Shown: positions 1-8,793, counted from the first letter of the stretch. The stretch: DNA of 64,000 nucleotides from Candidatus Korarchaeum sp. (GCA_038888615.1 JAWAID010000002.1:211594-275593), one strand, 5' to 3'. Numbers and translations: made by a program. Notes: a model not told the origin generated them from the sequence alone.

Positions 1-58
1 AATCCAGGAAATCCCTTAAATCCTTGATCGTGTCACTCCGCCATGAGCCCCGGTGAGC

Positions 59-766
59 TCAGATATGCCCCCCTATCATCCTCAGGAGGATGGACTTGAC
101 CCTCTCCAACCTGTCTTCGAGGGAGAGACCCCTCAGCACTGCCTCCTCCGCGATCCTGGATGGCTTCGGTGTCATTATCAAGCACCTATCGGCTATAGCC
201 AGCAGTTCCTCCAGCTGGTGCGATACTATGATCGTCGAAGAACCCAGCTCCCTCAAAAGCTCGTTGAACGTGGATTTGATGACTGACATGGTCCGAAAGT
301 CAAGTCCCGTGAAGGGTTCGTCCATGAGCACTATCTCAGGTTCCAGCGCTAGGGCCCTAGCTATGGAAGCCTTCCTCCTGGTACCACCGCTGACCTTGAG
401 CGGGTAAGATCCCAGATCCGACCTATTGAGTCCCAGTTTCTCGGAGTACTTTAGGGCCCTCTCCAGAGCAGCATCCCCCCTGATCCCCGAGTACTTCAAC
501 CCCAAGCAGATGTTCTCCAACAGGGTCTTCCACGGGAGGAGTCTGTCCTCCTGGAATACCAGAGCTACCTTACCCTCCCTTCGCACTTCCCCATGATCGG
601 CCCTTTCCAGGCCCGCGAGTATCCTGAGGAGCGTCGTCTTACCACAAGCATTCGGGCCGACCACCCCTAGGACCTCATCTCTCCCCAAGGTGAGGCTTAC
701 ACCGTTCAGAACAGGTTCACTGAAGCTCTTCCTTATGTCAAGAGCCTCCAACATCACCTCGACCAT
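59..766 (-). CDS. ABC transporter ATP-binding protein, nitrate/sulfonate/taurine (NitT/TauT) type
   Basis: Walker A GPNACGKTT, signature-like VSGGTRRK, Walker B VLMDEPF. Its start overlaps the stop of the upstream permease. Confidence 0.9.
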   Translation of the reverse strand: MVEVMLEALDIRKSFSEPVLNGVSLTLGRDEVLGVVGPNACGKTTLLRILAGLERADHGEVRREGKVALVFQEDRLLPWKTLLENICLGLKYSGIRGDAALERALKYSEKLGLNRSDLGSYPLKVSGGTRRKASIARALALEPEIVLMDEPFTGLDFRTMSVIKSTFNELLRELGSSTIIVSHQLEELLAIADRCLIMTPKPSRIAEEAVLRGLSLEDRLERVKSILLRMIGGHI

Positions 767-1473
767 CTCATCGACCTCTTCTCAATGGATCTCAGTATCA
801 CGTAATCTACCGTGATCACCAGGATTATGAGGAGGAGCGACCATGCCAGAACACCCCTGATGTCCGCCAGATTGTAGGACCTCATTATCATATACCCTAT
901 ACCTCCGCTAGAACCGAAAGCTTCCGCAACGACGCTTATCCTCAAACCCAATCCTACTGCGATTCTAGAGCTCGAGATAAGTGCGGGCAGCGAGCTAGGT
1001 ATTATGATATCGAAGTACTCGTCAATAGGGCTTCCCCCTAGCGATCTAACCACCTCCAGGAGCTGCCTATCGACGGAGTCCAGGGCAGTGGTGACTGTGG
1101 AGAGCAGCTGGGGAAAGGTGACCGCGGCCACCACCAGGATGGGGGATAAGGGGCTCAGGACCCCTACGGTCGATACTAGGACGAGGGACCATATCAGAGC
1201 CGAGGTGCTGTTGAAGACCGAGCATATACCACCCGTGAACCCCCTGACCAGGTGGGACCTATGGGAGACCACGCCCAACGCTAAGGACGATATCAGAGCG
1301 AGGGAGAAGCCTGAGGTACTGTTGAAGAGTGTCAGGAGGACATGGGACAATAATCTCTTAGGCTCGAGGCCCGATATGTAAGTCAAAACATCCCAGGGTG
1401 ACGGGAGCGTACGCTGGATCGAGAGCAGGATCCAGGATGAGAGCAGGAGAACTAGGGATAGGATCTCACCCAA
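754..1473 (-). CDS. ABC transporter permease (NitT/TauT type)
   Basis: Multi-TM hydrophobic protein lying between the binding protein and the ATPase in the same operon, with overlapping stop/start. Confidence 0.85.
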   Translation of the reverse strand: MGEILSLVLLLSSWILLSIQRTLPSPWDVLTYISGLEPKRLLSHVLLTLFNSTSGFSLALISSLALGVVSHRSHLVRGFTGGICSVFNSTSALIWSLVLVSTVGVLSPLSPILVVAAVTFPQLLSTVTTALDSVDRQLLEVVRSLGGSPIDEYFDIIIPSSLPALISSSRIAVGLGLRISVVAEAFGSSGGIGYMIMRSYNLADIRGVLAWSLLLIILVITVDYVILRSIEKRSMRWSR

Positions 1474-1506
1474 TCTGAACGAGGACCCTTTGAGGGATGG
1501 AATGGA

Positions 1507-2424
1507 TCAACCCTCCCAGAAGGCCCTCATCCTGAGCAACTCGATGGAACTCTCATCCCCCTCAATGTAGCCTCCCATAAGAGCGAGCCTCCAGGAGACC
1601 ACTATCCCATCCTCGTAGTCCCTCAAATCCCCTCTGAGCACCTTCACCCTGCTCAAAAGGACATTGACCTCCTCATCACTGAGACCGTAAAGCCTCTTGA
1701 GGACCTGAGAGGCATCTCGGTCCCATCTAGCGGCAGCATCTTTCCTGAGGTTCATCAGCTCACGGAGCTCCGGTCTCGATAGGACCTCCTCCCTGGCTAC
1801 CCAGACGAGCATCACAGCATCCCTTCCGACGTATTTCCTCGATAGGTCGCTGAAGTCCACATGCTCATGACCCTTGGCGATCAATCTGGACACCAGGGGC
1901 TCCCAGCAGAGAATGGCATCGATGTCCCCCCTTTCGAAGGCTTGAGCTAATTGGAGCGGAGGAGCATCCACAACCCTAATGTCATCTAAACTCAAACCTG
2001 CAAGCTTAATGTAGGATAAGAACATAGCATATGTCCCACTAGCTGTCGTAGCCCCCAGTTTCTTCCCCCTTAACTCATTCAACTCCTTAACCCCTATTAT
2101 CGCTTGATTTTGAAGCATATCAGCGGCTATTACCTTTAAACTTTCATCCTTAAGGGCGAATTTAGCGTACATCTCTGATGTTATTACGGCGACATCGACT
2201 TCCCCTTTACCTAATGCCTGCGCCAGATCGAGGGATTTATCGAACCTCATCACGTCGATCCAATCGACCTTCCCCTCCATGAGATCCAGTGTGCTTATCC
2301 CTCCCTGGATCGTGCCCACTAATATCTTCCTGCTTCCGTATCTCTTAGGAAGCAGTGTGAATGCTAAAGAGGCGATTAAAACGATCAAGATCAGGGATAG
2401 CAGGAGGGCGACTGCCCTTCTCAA
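1507..2424 (-). CDS. ABC transporter substrate-binding protein (NMT1/SsuA-like), N-terminal membrane anchor
   Basis: N-terminal hydrophobic anchor LLLSLILIVLIASLAF. First gene of a 3-gene ABC operon. Periplasmic-binding-protein-like composition. Confidence 0.7.
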   Translation of the reverse strand: MRRAVALLLSLILIVLIASLAFTLLPKRYGSRKILVGTIQGGISTLDLMEGKVDWIDVMRFDKSLDLAQALGKGEVDVAVITSEMYAKFALKDESLKVIAADMLQNQAIIGVKELNELRGKKLGATTASGTYAMFLSYIKLAGLSLDDIRVVDAPPLQLAQAFERGDIDAILCWEPLVSRLIAKGHEHVDFSDLSRKYVGRDAVMLVWVAREEVLSRPELRELMNLRKDAAARWDRDASQVLKRLYGLSDEEVNVLLSRVKVLRGDLRDYEDGIVVSWRLALMGGYIEGDESSIELLRMRAFWEG

Positions 2425-2689
2425 ATGACCACCCGTTCACACAGCACCACTCATGTAAATAAATTTCCCTATTACGAGATTTTGAGTCTACCGCTCTCTC
2501 GGAAAAAAGCTCAAAAAATTTATGTAAATCGCACATTAATATTATACTACTTACTGAAAAATCGAATTAAATGGGGTATTTACACATATGGAGGGGATCA
2601 TTTCGATAGTCCCAGCGTTAACGCATCGTTTATCGGGCTCCTCTAAGCCTACCTCCCCGATAGCCTCCGAAGCAGAGCATGACAAGGCG

Positions 2690-3478
2690 TCAGTGGGGGA
2701 AGGGCTGAGTCACGAATACCACAGCGTATATCACGCCCAGCGAGCACGAGAACGCCATCAGTAGCTTATCCCTCCTGAGTAGCCTGAGCTCCCTGTACCA
2801 GGTGTGACAATCCTCCTCCCCGAACCCCCTCAGCTCCATCGAGTCCGCTATGTCGTAAATGGATAGCGCAGCTGATATGGTCACCGGTACCACTAACGGG
2901 ACTATCGAGAGGACCCTGGCCAGGGGGTTTCTCCCTCCCCTCGGCCTGAACCCTCTCGCCATCTGAGCTTCAAGGGTCTTGCCCATCTCAGCTATGAACT
3001 CGGGCACGTACCTAAGGGCAAGCTGTATGACGTAAGCAGCTCTGTACGGGAGACCCATCTGCCCCAGAGCTGGAGCGTAGAGGTTAGGGGGAGTCGTGAA
3101 CACGAGGGTCACGGTAACTAAAGCTAACGAGAGGAGCTTCATTACGGGCATTATGGCCCTCCTTATCGCATCAGGGGATGTCAAGCTCTCCAGGATGGGA
3201 CCTTCGCTGTACAGAAGCACTATCGTCAGGTAGTTGAGCAGTGAGAGCACTAATATCATGACTAGGATGAGCTTCCAAGTCGCCTTAGTCTTACTCCAGG
3301 GCAGCTTAGCCAGGTGGTAGAAGATGAGGGAGATCAGGAGCAGAGGTAAAACTGAAATTATGTGAAAAGATAGAGAAAGACTCAGAATCATAAAAAAGAT
3401 GAAAGTGAGCTTCGCTCTAGGATCGAACTTGTGAACCAAGCTATCGCCTTCTATGTACCTGATGAACCTGATGGGCAT
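2690..3478 (-). CDS. ECF transporter transmembrane (T) component, EcfT/CbiQ family
   Basis: Multi-TM protein with the cytoplasmic ...TLEAQMARGF... Ala-Arg-Gly coupling motif. It sits 1 nt downstream of the S-like component and the duplicated ATPase. Confidence 0.75.
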   Translation of the reverse strand: MPIRFIRYIEGDSLVHKFDPRAKLTFIFFMILSLSLSFHIISVLPLLLISLIFYHLAKLPWSKTKATWKLILVMILVLSLLNYLTIVLLYSEGPILESLTSPDAIRRAIMPVMKLLSLALVTVTLVFTTPPNLYAPALGQMGLPYRAAYVIQLALRYVPEFIAEMGKTLEAQMARGFRPRGGRNPLARVLSIVPLVVPVTISAALSIYDIADSMELRGFGEEDCHTWYRELRLLRRDKLLMAFSCSLGVIYAVVFVTQPFPH

Positions 3479-3479
3479 A

Positions 3480-4067
3480 TCAGACTCTCCTCGCCCTCCC
3501 TCTGGCTGCTGAGGCGTAGGCAGCTACGAGTATAGGTGTTATTATGGCCCCGTTCACAGCATCGGTGACTGCCGCTGGGATGAAGAGCGCGTAAGTGGCT
3601 TCCTCTATGGTCGATATACCGTAACCGAACAGGTAGTCCGTGTAGGCGGCGAACCCCATCCCGATTACGGAGGCCAGTACGGCCAGCACTACGCAGGCAA
3701 AGTAACCTCTTCTCCTGAAGATGTCCTCCTTAGAGATGAAGTAAGATGCTAAGCCCGGGATAAGCCCTAGTAATCCGTTTCCAACGTCCCAGTTCCACCA
3801 GAAACCTCCCCAGCTTATGGCATCGCTTATCACGTTCCCCAGGAAGCCGGATACGAAGCCCACCACTGGGCCGAACGCGTAACCGAAGAACATGGGTATG
3901 GCTACGCTGGGCCTCAGAGTGACTAGCTGCGTCCCAGGGAGCTGAAGCACGTTGAAGAAAACATTAAACGCTGCGTAAAGAGCGGTCCCTATGGCCATGG
4001 CAACTACGCTAGTGGTCGAGAGGACTCTCCTCTCGCTCATGGGTTCACCGTTCCGCTGGGCGGCCAT
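3480..4067 (-). CDS. ECF transporter substrate-specific (S) component-like membrane protein
   Basis: 195-aa, roughly 5-6 TM Trp/Gly-rich membrane protein located between the EcfA-A' fusion and EcfT. Confidence 0.55.
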   Translation of the reverse strand: MAAQRNGEPMSERRVLSTTSVVAMAIGTALYAAFNVFFNVLQLPGTQLVTLRPSVAIPMFFGYAFGPVVGFVSGFLGNVISDAISWGGFWWNWDVGNGLLGLIPGLASYFISKEDIFRRRGYFACVVLAVLASVIGMGFAAYTDYLFGYGISTIEEATYALFIPAAVTDAVNGAIITPILVAAYASAARGRARRV

Positions 4068-4089
4068 TCATTATATAGCTTTCGTGGGT

Positions 4090-5907
4090 TCATGAGCAGA
4101 GCTTCAAGACCTCCTTCAGACTGAGGACAGCCCTACCACCAGTCAGCTCCCTACCGATCCTGAGCAGGTCAGTCTCCCTTATCCTCCCAGCCCTCAGGTA
4201 CTCCTCCCTAGCTAACACCTCCCTGGTGGGACCGTCGGCTACGATTCGACCGTCCGATAGTATCACCGTCCTATCCGTGTACTCCACGGCCAGGTCAGTG
4301 TCGTGCGTTATCAGTATTATCGTCTTAACGGTTCCCATGAGTCCCCTTATGAACTCCATGAACGCTGTGTAGCTCGCGTAATCCTGCCCAGCAGTCGGCT
4401 CATCCAGTATGAGCACCCTGGGCCTCATCGTCAGGATGGAGGCCACTGAGATCCTCTTCTTCTCACCGTAGCTCGAAGCGAATGGGGAGTAGGGGAGGAG
4501 ATGGTCGATCCCGCAGTTAAGAGCGGCTTCAAGGACGCGTTCTCTCAAATCTTTGAGACTTACGCCCAGATTCCTAGGACCGTAGGAGAGCTCCTCCTCA
4601 ACCGTCCTGGCGAAGAGCATGCTGAGTGGATCTTGGAAGACCAACCCAACGTAATTAGCTAGTTCGTAAACCTCCTTCTCACGCGTGTCCATCCCGTAGA
4701 CTAGGACCCTCCCCCTGTTGGGTTTCAGTATCCCCAGGATGAGCTTAGCTAAAGTGCTCTTCCCAGCTCCGTTGTTCCCCAGTAGAGCGATCCTCTCCCC
4801 CTCCCTCACCTCCAGGTTCAGGTCCCTGAGGACCTGCCTTCCGTCGTATTCGAAGCTCAGGTCATCTATCTTGATAGCGATCACATCGCTCTCGTGACTC
4901 TTGCGAACCTCCTCGACATTTATCTTCCTGTATTCACTGATGAGAATCCTGGGAGGGATTTTCACTATGCCCAGGAGATCCCTAAGCTCCTCCTCCCTCC
5001 TTATCTCCCTCACCAATCTCCCCTCATCCATGAAGAGTATCCTATCGACCCCGACCTCCAGCACCTCCTCGGTCCTATGCTCGGCTATCACCAGGGTCTT
5101 CCCCCTCCCCTTGAGCATCCTGATCTGCTCCTGAACGAGCCTAACTCCCTCACCATCCAGGTTAGCTAAGGGCTCATCCATCAGCACCAGCTTCGGGTCC
5201 ATCGCCAGTATGCCCGCTATAGCCACCCTCTGTTTCTCCCCTCCACTCAGCTCATTCACGTCCCTCTCCCTCAGATGAAGGGCGTTCACGCTAGCTAGTG
5301 AGCTCTCCACCCTCCTCTCAATATCCTCCCTGGTGAAGCAGAGGTTACACGGCCCGAAGGCGACGTCGTCCTCCACCTTAGGGAGCACCAGCTGCTTGCC
5401 CACCTCCTGCATCACGGTGCCCACCATCCTGGAGAGCTTCGAGAGACTGGCCCCCTTCACCGTGATACCGAAGACCCTGACCTCCCCCTCGTAGGTCCCC
5501 TCGTACCTGTTCGGGATGAGGCCGTTCATAGCTTTTATCAGGGTGGACTTCCCACAGCCGCTCCTCCCCAGGAGGAGTACGGTTTCCCCTTCCTCTATCC
5601 TGAGCGAGATCCTCTCGAGAGCGGGCTTCTCCTTGTTCGCGTATGTGAAGGTGAGATCCCTTATCTCCACAGCCACACTGGGAGATACCGATCGTATTTT
5701 AAAAGCCTTCGATATCGCTCCGGAGGACCTATGAAGTTCTAAGGCGGCTTTCTTCCGTGAATTCGCGAAGGTTTCCGGGTTAGCCAGAGGGATCTCCCCT
5801 CTATCTCGAGCTTCCCAGCCGAAACCTACGGCCCCGAGGTCGGGTGTACCGTCGCACTGAGTCGGGGAATGTCGCAGGTTAACTGGATGCGGCTTCACTC
5901 TCTCCAA
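4090..5907 (-). CDS. Fused duplicated ECF/cobalt-type ABC ATPase (EcfA-EcfA')
   Basis: Two ABC cassettes: GRSGCGKST / LSGGEKQRVAIA / LVLMDEP and GNNGAGKST / SYGEKKRISVA / VLILDEPT. About 78 aa precede the first cassette, so the start is uncertain. Confidence 0.9.
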   Translation of the reverse strand: MERVKPHPVNLRHSPTQCDGTPDLGAVGFGWEARDRGEIPLANPETFANSRKKAALELHRSSGAISKAFKIRSVSPSVAVEIRDLTFTYANKEKPALERISLRIEEGETVLLLGRSGCGKSTLIKAMNGLIPNRYEGTYEGEVRVFGITVKGASLSKLSRMVGTVMQEVGKQLVLPKVEDDVAFGPCNLCFTREDIERRVESSLASVNALHLRERDVNELSGGEKQRVAIAGILAMDPKLVLMDEPLANLDGEGVRLVQEQIRMLKGRGKTLVIAEHRTEEVLEVGVDRILFMDEGRLVREIRREEELRDLLGIVKIPPRILISEYRKINVEEVRKSHESDVIAIKIDDLSFEYDGRQVLRDLNLEVREGERIALLGNNGAGKSTLAKLILGILKPNRGRVLVYGMDTREKEVYELANYVGLVFQDPLSMLFARTVEEELSYGPRNLGVSLKDLRERVLEAALNCGIDHLLPYSPFASSYGEKKRISVASILTMRPRVLILDEPTAGQDYASYTAFMEFIRGLMGTVKTIILITHDTDLAVEYTDRTVILSDGRIVADGPTREVLAREEYLRAGRIRETDLLRIGRELTGGRAVLSLKEVLKLCS

Positions 5908-5930
5908 TGGCGGATCCTCCGCTTGACAAC

Positions 5931-5940
5931 GTTTAAATTA
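5931..5940. promoter_or_regulatory. Shared TATA-like box between divergent genes
   Basis: gtttaaatta is the only A/T box in the 58-bp spacer and lies about 29-30 nt from both start codons (5907 minus, 5966 plus). Confidence 0.5.
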
Positions 5941-5965
5941 CCGAGTCGGTTCCCCAACTGAACGG

Positions 5966-6364
5966 GTGAGCTTACTGAGGGGTGTGAAACTTCCCACGGA
6001 GTGGATGGAGAGGGCTGATCTGTTCCTCAAGGAAGCTGAGAGGCACCTAGCCGAGGAACACTTCTGGCTCACGTGCTTCGAGTCCCACCAAGCAGCTGAG
6101 TTCTACCTGAAGTCCTTGCTAGTGGCGATAACCGGATTTCACCCCTATACGCAAGACCTATCCGAGCTACTGGAATCCCTCATCGCCGCCGGGTTCGATG
6201 CGGGTGAGGAGGTCAAGGTGGCCTCGGAGATCCTGACCCCGCACTACACACTATCCCGTTATCCGGGGAAGCGCGCTATAAGCTACAGTAAGGAGAGGGC
6301 TGAGAGGTGCCTGAGGTCAGCTAAGTTGATAGTGAGCTGGGTGAGGGAGGTTGCGGATCCCTGA
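5966..6364 (+). CDS. HEPN domain protein (toxin-like partner of an MNT nucleotidyltransferase)
   Basis: All-helical, about 130 aa, with ...HQAAEFYLKSLL... and ...SRYPGKR... in the HEPN motif position. 14-nt overlap with the downstream MNT. GTG start; alternative ATG at 6005. Confidence 0.8.
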   Translation: MSLLRGVKLPTEWMERADLFLKEAERHLAEEHFWLTCFESHQAAEFYLKSLLVAITGFHPYTQDLSELLESLIAAGFDAGEEVKVASEILTPHYTLSRYPGKRAISYSKERAERCLRSAKLIVSWVREVADP

Positions 6365-6692
6365 GATCAAGTCGCGTTTGCTCAGGGAGATACCTAAGAG
6401 AGCGGTTGAGTGGCAGGAGGCTTTCGAGCTCTACGTCGATGAGGTCTGCAGGAGCGGGCTCGTAAAGGGGCTTTACCTCATCGGTTCCAGGGCCAGAGGG
6501 GAGCACTCCTCCTCGAGTGACTTCGACCTGGTGGCCGTGGTGGGCAGGGAGGAGGACCCGCTGGAGGTAGCCGAGGTCCTCATGTCCATGAGGAGGAAGG
6601 GCTTCCCGCTCGACCTTCTGGTCCTGAGGGAGGACGAACTGGAGGATCCCATCCACAGGGAGATGCTCGAGGGCAAGAGGAAGTTGTGCTGA
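6351..6692 (+). CDS. Minimal nucleotidyltransferase (MNT), antitoxin-like
   Basis: GSRARGEHSSSSDFDLVAV, i.e. the GS-x9-11-DxD pol-beta NTase motif. TTG start with no internal ATG. Confidence 0.8.
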   Translation: MRIPEIKSRLLREIPKRAVEWQEAFELYVDEVCRSGLVKGLYLIGSRARGEHSSSSDFDLVAVVGREEDPLEVAEVLMSMRRKGFPLDLLVLREDELEDPIHREMLEGKRKLC

Positions 6693-6696
6693 CTCC

Positions 6697-7134
6697 CTAG
6701 GACCTTTCTGGAACGATGCCCTCGGGCGGGATTATCAGAGACACGTCGGTCCTCCTCATCCCCCTCCTCACAAGATCCTCATACGCCTCCTCAATCAGAG
6801 AGAACCTCTCGTCCCTGTGGAGAACTAGACCCTCACTGATGGCATCTACCAAGGTCGGATTTCCCTTCCTAAGTAGGAGCAAAGCTTCCTCAAGCGTGTA
6901 AGGGTGCGGTTCCACAGCTATCCTCAGGTCTCCCAGAAGCTCGATGAGGGCACCTATTCGGTCCAGGTACCCCTCCCCGAAGTCCGCTATCACCAGGATA
7001 TCGTAGTCGCTCCAGGGCATGTGGTCTCCTCTGGCTCTCGATCCGAAGAGTATCACGGCTACCGTATCATAGCGCTCCCTGATCCTCCTGACTACCTCCC
7101 TCAGCTCCTCAGGGACCGACGATCCCTCTGGCAT
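6697..7134 (-). CDS. Minimal nucleotidyltransferase (MNT), second copy
   Basis: GSRARGDHMPWSDYDILVI NTase motif. Overlaps the upstream HEPN gene by 26 nt. Confidence 0.85.
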   Translation of the reverse strand: MPEGSSVPEELREVVRRIRERYDTVAVILFGSRARGDHMPWSDYDILVIADFGEGYLDRIGALIELLGDLRIAVEPHPYTLEEALLLLRKGNPTLVDAISEGLVLHRDERFSLIEEAYEDLVRRGMRRTDVSLIIPPEGIVPERS

Positions 7135-7507
7135 AACTCACCACCGACTCAGCGCACTTGATCGCTCTGGAGGAGGTCTCCTCATCGTAAGCCTCATGCG
7201 GGGTGCCTGAGGGGTGGGCGTTCGGGTATCTGGATGGGATGTAATGCCTATCCAGCTCCCTAGCGCACCTCATGAGTCCCTCATCCGGCTCAAGCCCCCT
7301 GCTCCTGAAGTACCTCTGAAGGAGCTCCCTGACGCTGTGGCCCCAGGGGGCTTCGTTCGCGTGATAGAGAAGCGCTTTACACGCTTTCTCAGCCGCCTGA
7401 TGGGCGTAGAAAGAGGAGGCGTTGAACCTCCCCTCCCTGTGCAGGATCCTCGCTGTATCAAGGTCCCACGTGGCCTCCTCCATCCACCTCAGCGCTTCTC
7501 CCCTCAT
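7109..7507 (-). CDS. HEPN domain protein, second copy, with intact Rx4H motif
   Basis: ...HQAAEKACKALL... and SRYPNAH (R-x4-H). Confidence 0.85.
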   Translation of the reverse strand: MRGEALRWMEEATWDLDTARILHREGRFNASSFYAHQAAEKACKALLYHANEAPWGHSVRELLQRYFRSRGLEPDEGLMRCARELDRHYIPSRYPNAHPSGTPHEAYDEETSSRAIKCAESVVSYARGIVGP

Positions 7508-8031
7508 ACGCGCATGATGGGGGGCCGCACATAAATACCCTAGCTAGGTTCAAGCGGGCTCGAGTACCAGAGCACTTGGGAAGCTCTCAGAGTCCCTAAA
7601 GTCAGCTTCCTCTACCTCCTCATGGATCACCTCGAGCTCCACCATGAAGCGGTACCTGGCGATCGCATTAAACCCCAATCAGCCCTAACTTCACGTTCAC
7701 TGAGTTTCCTAAGTCATTAGCGGACATCAGGACCTTCAGAGCTGACGATGTTGGGGAATCGTCATCCTCCTAGCTTGTCTCATGAGCTCGGTGACCCTCG
7801 GCTCCACCCAACCGACCGAGCGGGAAGCTTAAAGGTCCCTAAGATCCCAAAGCCCCCTCCATGAAGTAAAAACTCTCTCTCCATCTAATCGAGGATGACT
7901 CCCGCTGGGTGACCCTCATCGGGTAGTCGAAGCCCCTATCATCGTGGAGCCCGATCGGCTGCTGAGGTGCTCTCGATCGAGAGTTCGAGAAGGATTAAGT
8001 TGGGGTCCTAGGGATCGGGGGAGGTGGTACC

Positions 8032-8793
8032 TTGGCTAGGTGGCTTCACGAGATGAGGTGGCCCGATGTCCAGGACTACCTGAGGGAGGACGATAGGGTG
8101 ATGGTGCCCCTGGGGAGCACGGAGCAACACGGGAGACACGCTCCACTGGGAACGGATTCCCTGCTGGCTATCGCCTTAGCTGAGGAAGCAAGCGAGAGGA
8201 CCGGTGTGGTGATAGCCCCTCCCCTGTGGTACGGCTGGAGCCCTCACCACATGGTAGCTCCTGGAACGGTGAGCGTGAGACCGGAGGTCCTGATAGAGGT
8301 GCTTTTCGATATCGTGAGGTCCCTATCAAGGCACGGATTCAGGAACTTCGTCCTGATAAACGGCCATAGGTTAGCCAACTTGCCCTGGATCCAGATAGCG
8401 GCTGAGAGGGCTCAGAGGGAGCTTAAGGTCAATGCTCTCATATTCGATCCCCTCTACATGAGTATAGACCTGAGGAGGAGTGTGGAGTTCGGACCCTTCG
8501 GCCATGGGGATGACATGGAGACTTCGCACCTGCTTTACAAGTTCCCGAAGCTGGTTAAGATCGATGAGGCGAGGGATTACGTTCCGGATAGGGTGGTGTA
8601 CGCGGACCCCCTGAGTCCCAGGGATTCCCTCTGCTACGTCCCGAGCACGGAGGAGCAGATGAGAGCGATCAGGGAGTTAACGGGAGACACCGTGATAGGA
8701 ACCCCAACGAGGGCTGATCCGAAGAAGGGAAGGATCTATCATGAACACTTGGTTGAAAGGCTCGTTCAGCTGCTCCAGAGCCTGAAACGCTAA
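8032..8793 (+). CDS. Creatininase-family amidohydrolase (creatinine amidohydrolase / ArfB-like deformylase family)
   Basis: GSTEQHGRHAPLGTDS and a later GHGDDMETS metal-binding-type motif. TTG start in the track; ATG at 8050 is possible. Confidence 0.8.
   Translation: MARWLHEMRWPDVQDYLREDDRVMVPLGSTEQHGRHAPLGTDSLLAIALAEEASERTGVVIAPPLWYGWSPHHMVAPGTVSVRPEVLIEVLFDIVRSLSRHGFRNFVLINGHRLANLPWIQIAAERAQRELKVNALIFDPLYMSIDLRRSVEFGPFGHGDDMETSHLLYKFPKLVKIDEARDYVPDRVVYADPLSPRDSLCYVPSTEEQMRAIRELTGDTVIGTPTRADPKKGRIYHEHLVERLVQLLQSLKR

Noticed and set aside
53-407. Plus-strand ORFs 53..286 and 90..407, and many similar 60-160 aa ORFs antisense to or out of frame with long genes. Examples: 1004..1381, 4894..5169, 12886..13248, 16142..16534, 23661..24137, 35704..36117, 37024..37437, 42483..42896, 44986..45387, 56969..57463.
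   Set aside because: Each lies entirely inside a longer ORF that has clear family motifs. Their composition (Ser/Pro/Arg/Leu-rich) is typical of shadow frames in GC-biased coding DNA. None has motifs or its own promoter or SD.
2345-2646. ORFs 2345..2536 (minus) and 2425..2646 (plus) in the A/T-rich spacer upstream of the NitT/TauT operon.
   Set aside because: They lie in a low-complexity A/T-rich promoter-type region and partly overlap the binding-protein start. There are no motifs. They are likely chance ORFs, although I cannot exclude a small protein.
5674-5907. Possible riboswitch (SAM-I or TPP-like strings such as AGAGGGGAG...CTGGCTAACCCGGAAACC) in the minus-strand leader of the ECF ATPase.
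   Set aside because: Only scattered short matches to riboswitch consensus elements were found. The diagnostic helices and pseudoknot partners are not present, and these classes are not established in such archaea. I kept it only as a generic 'extension or leader' question.
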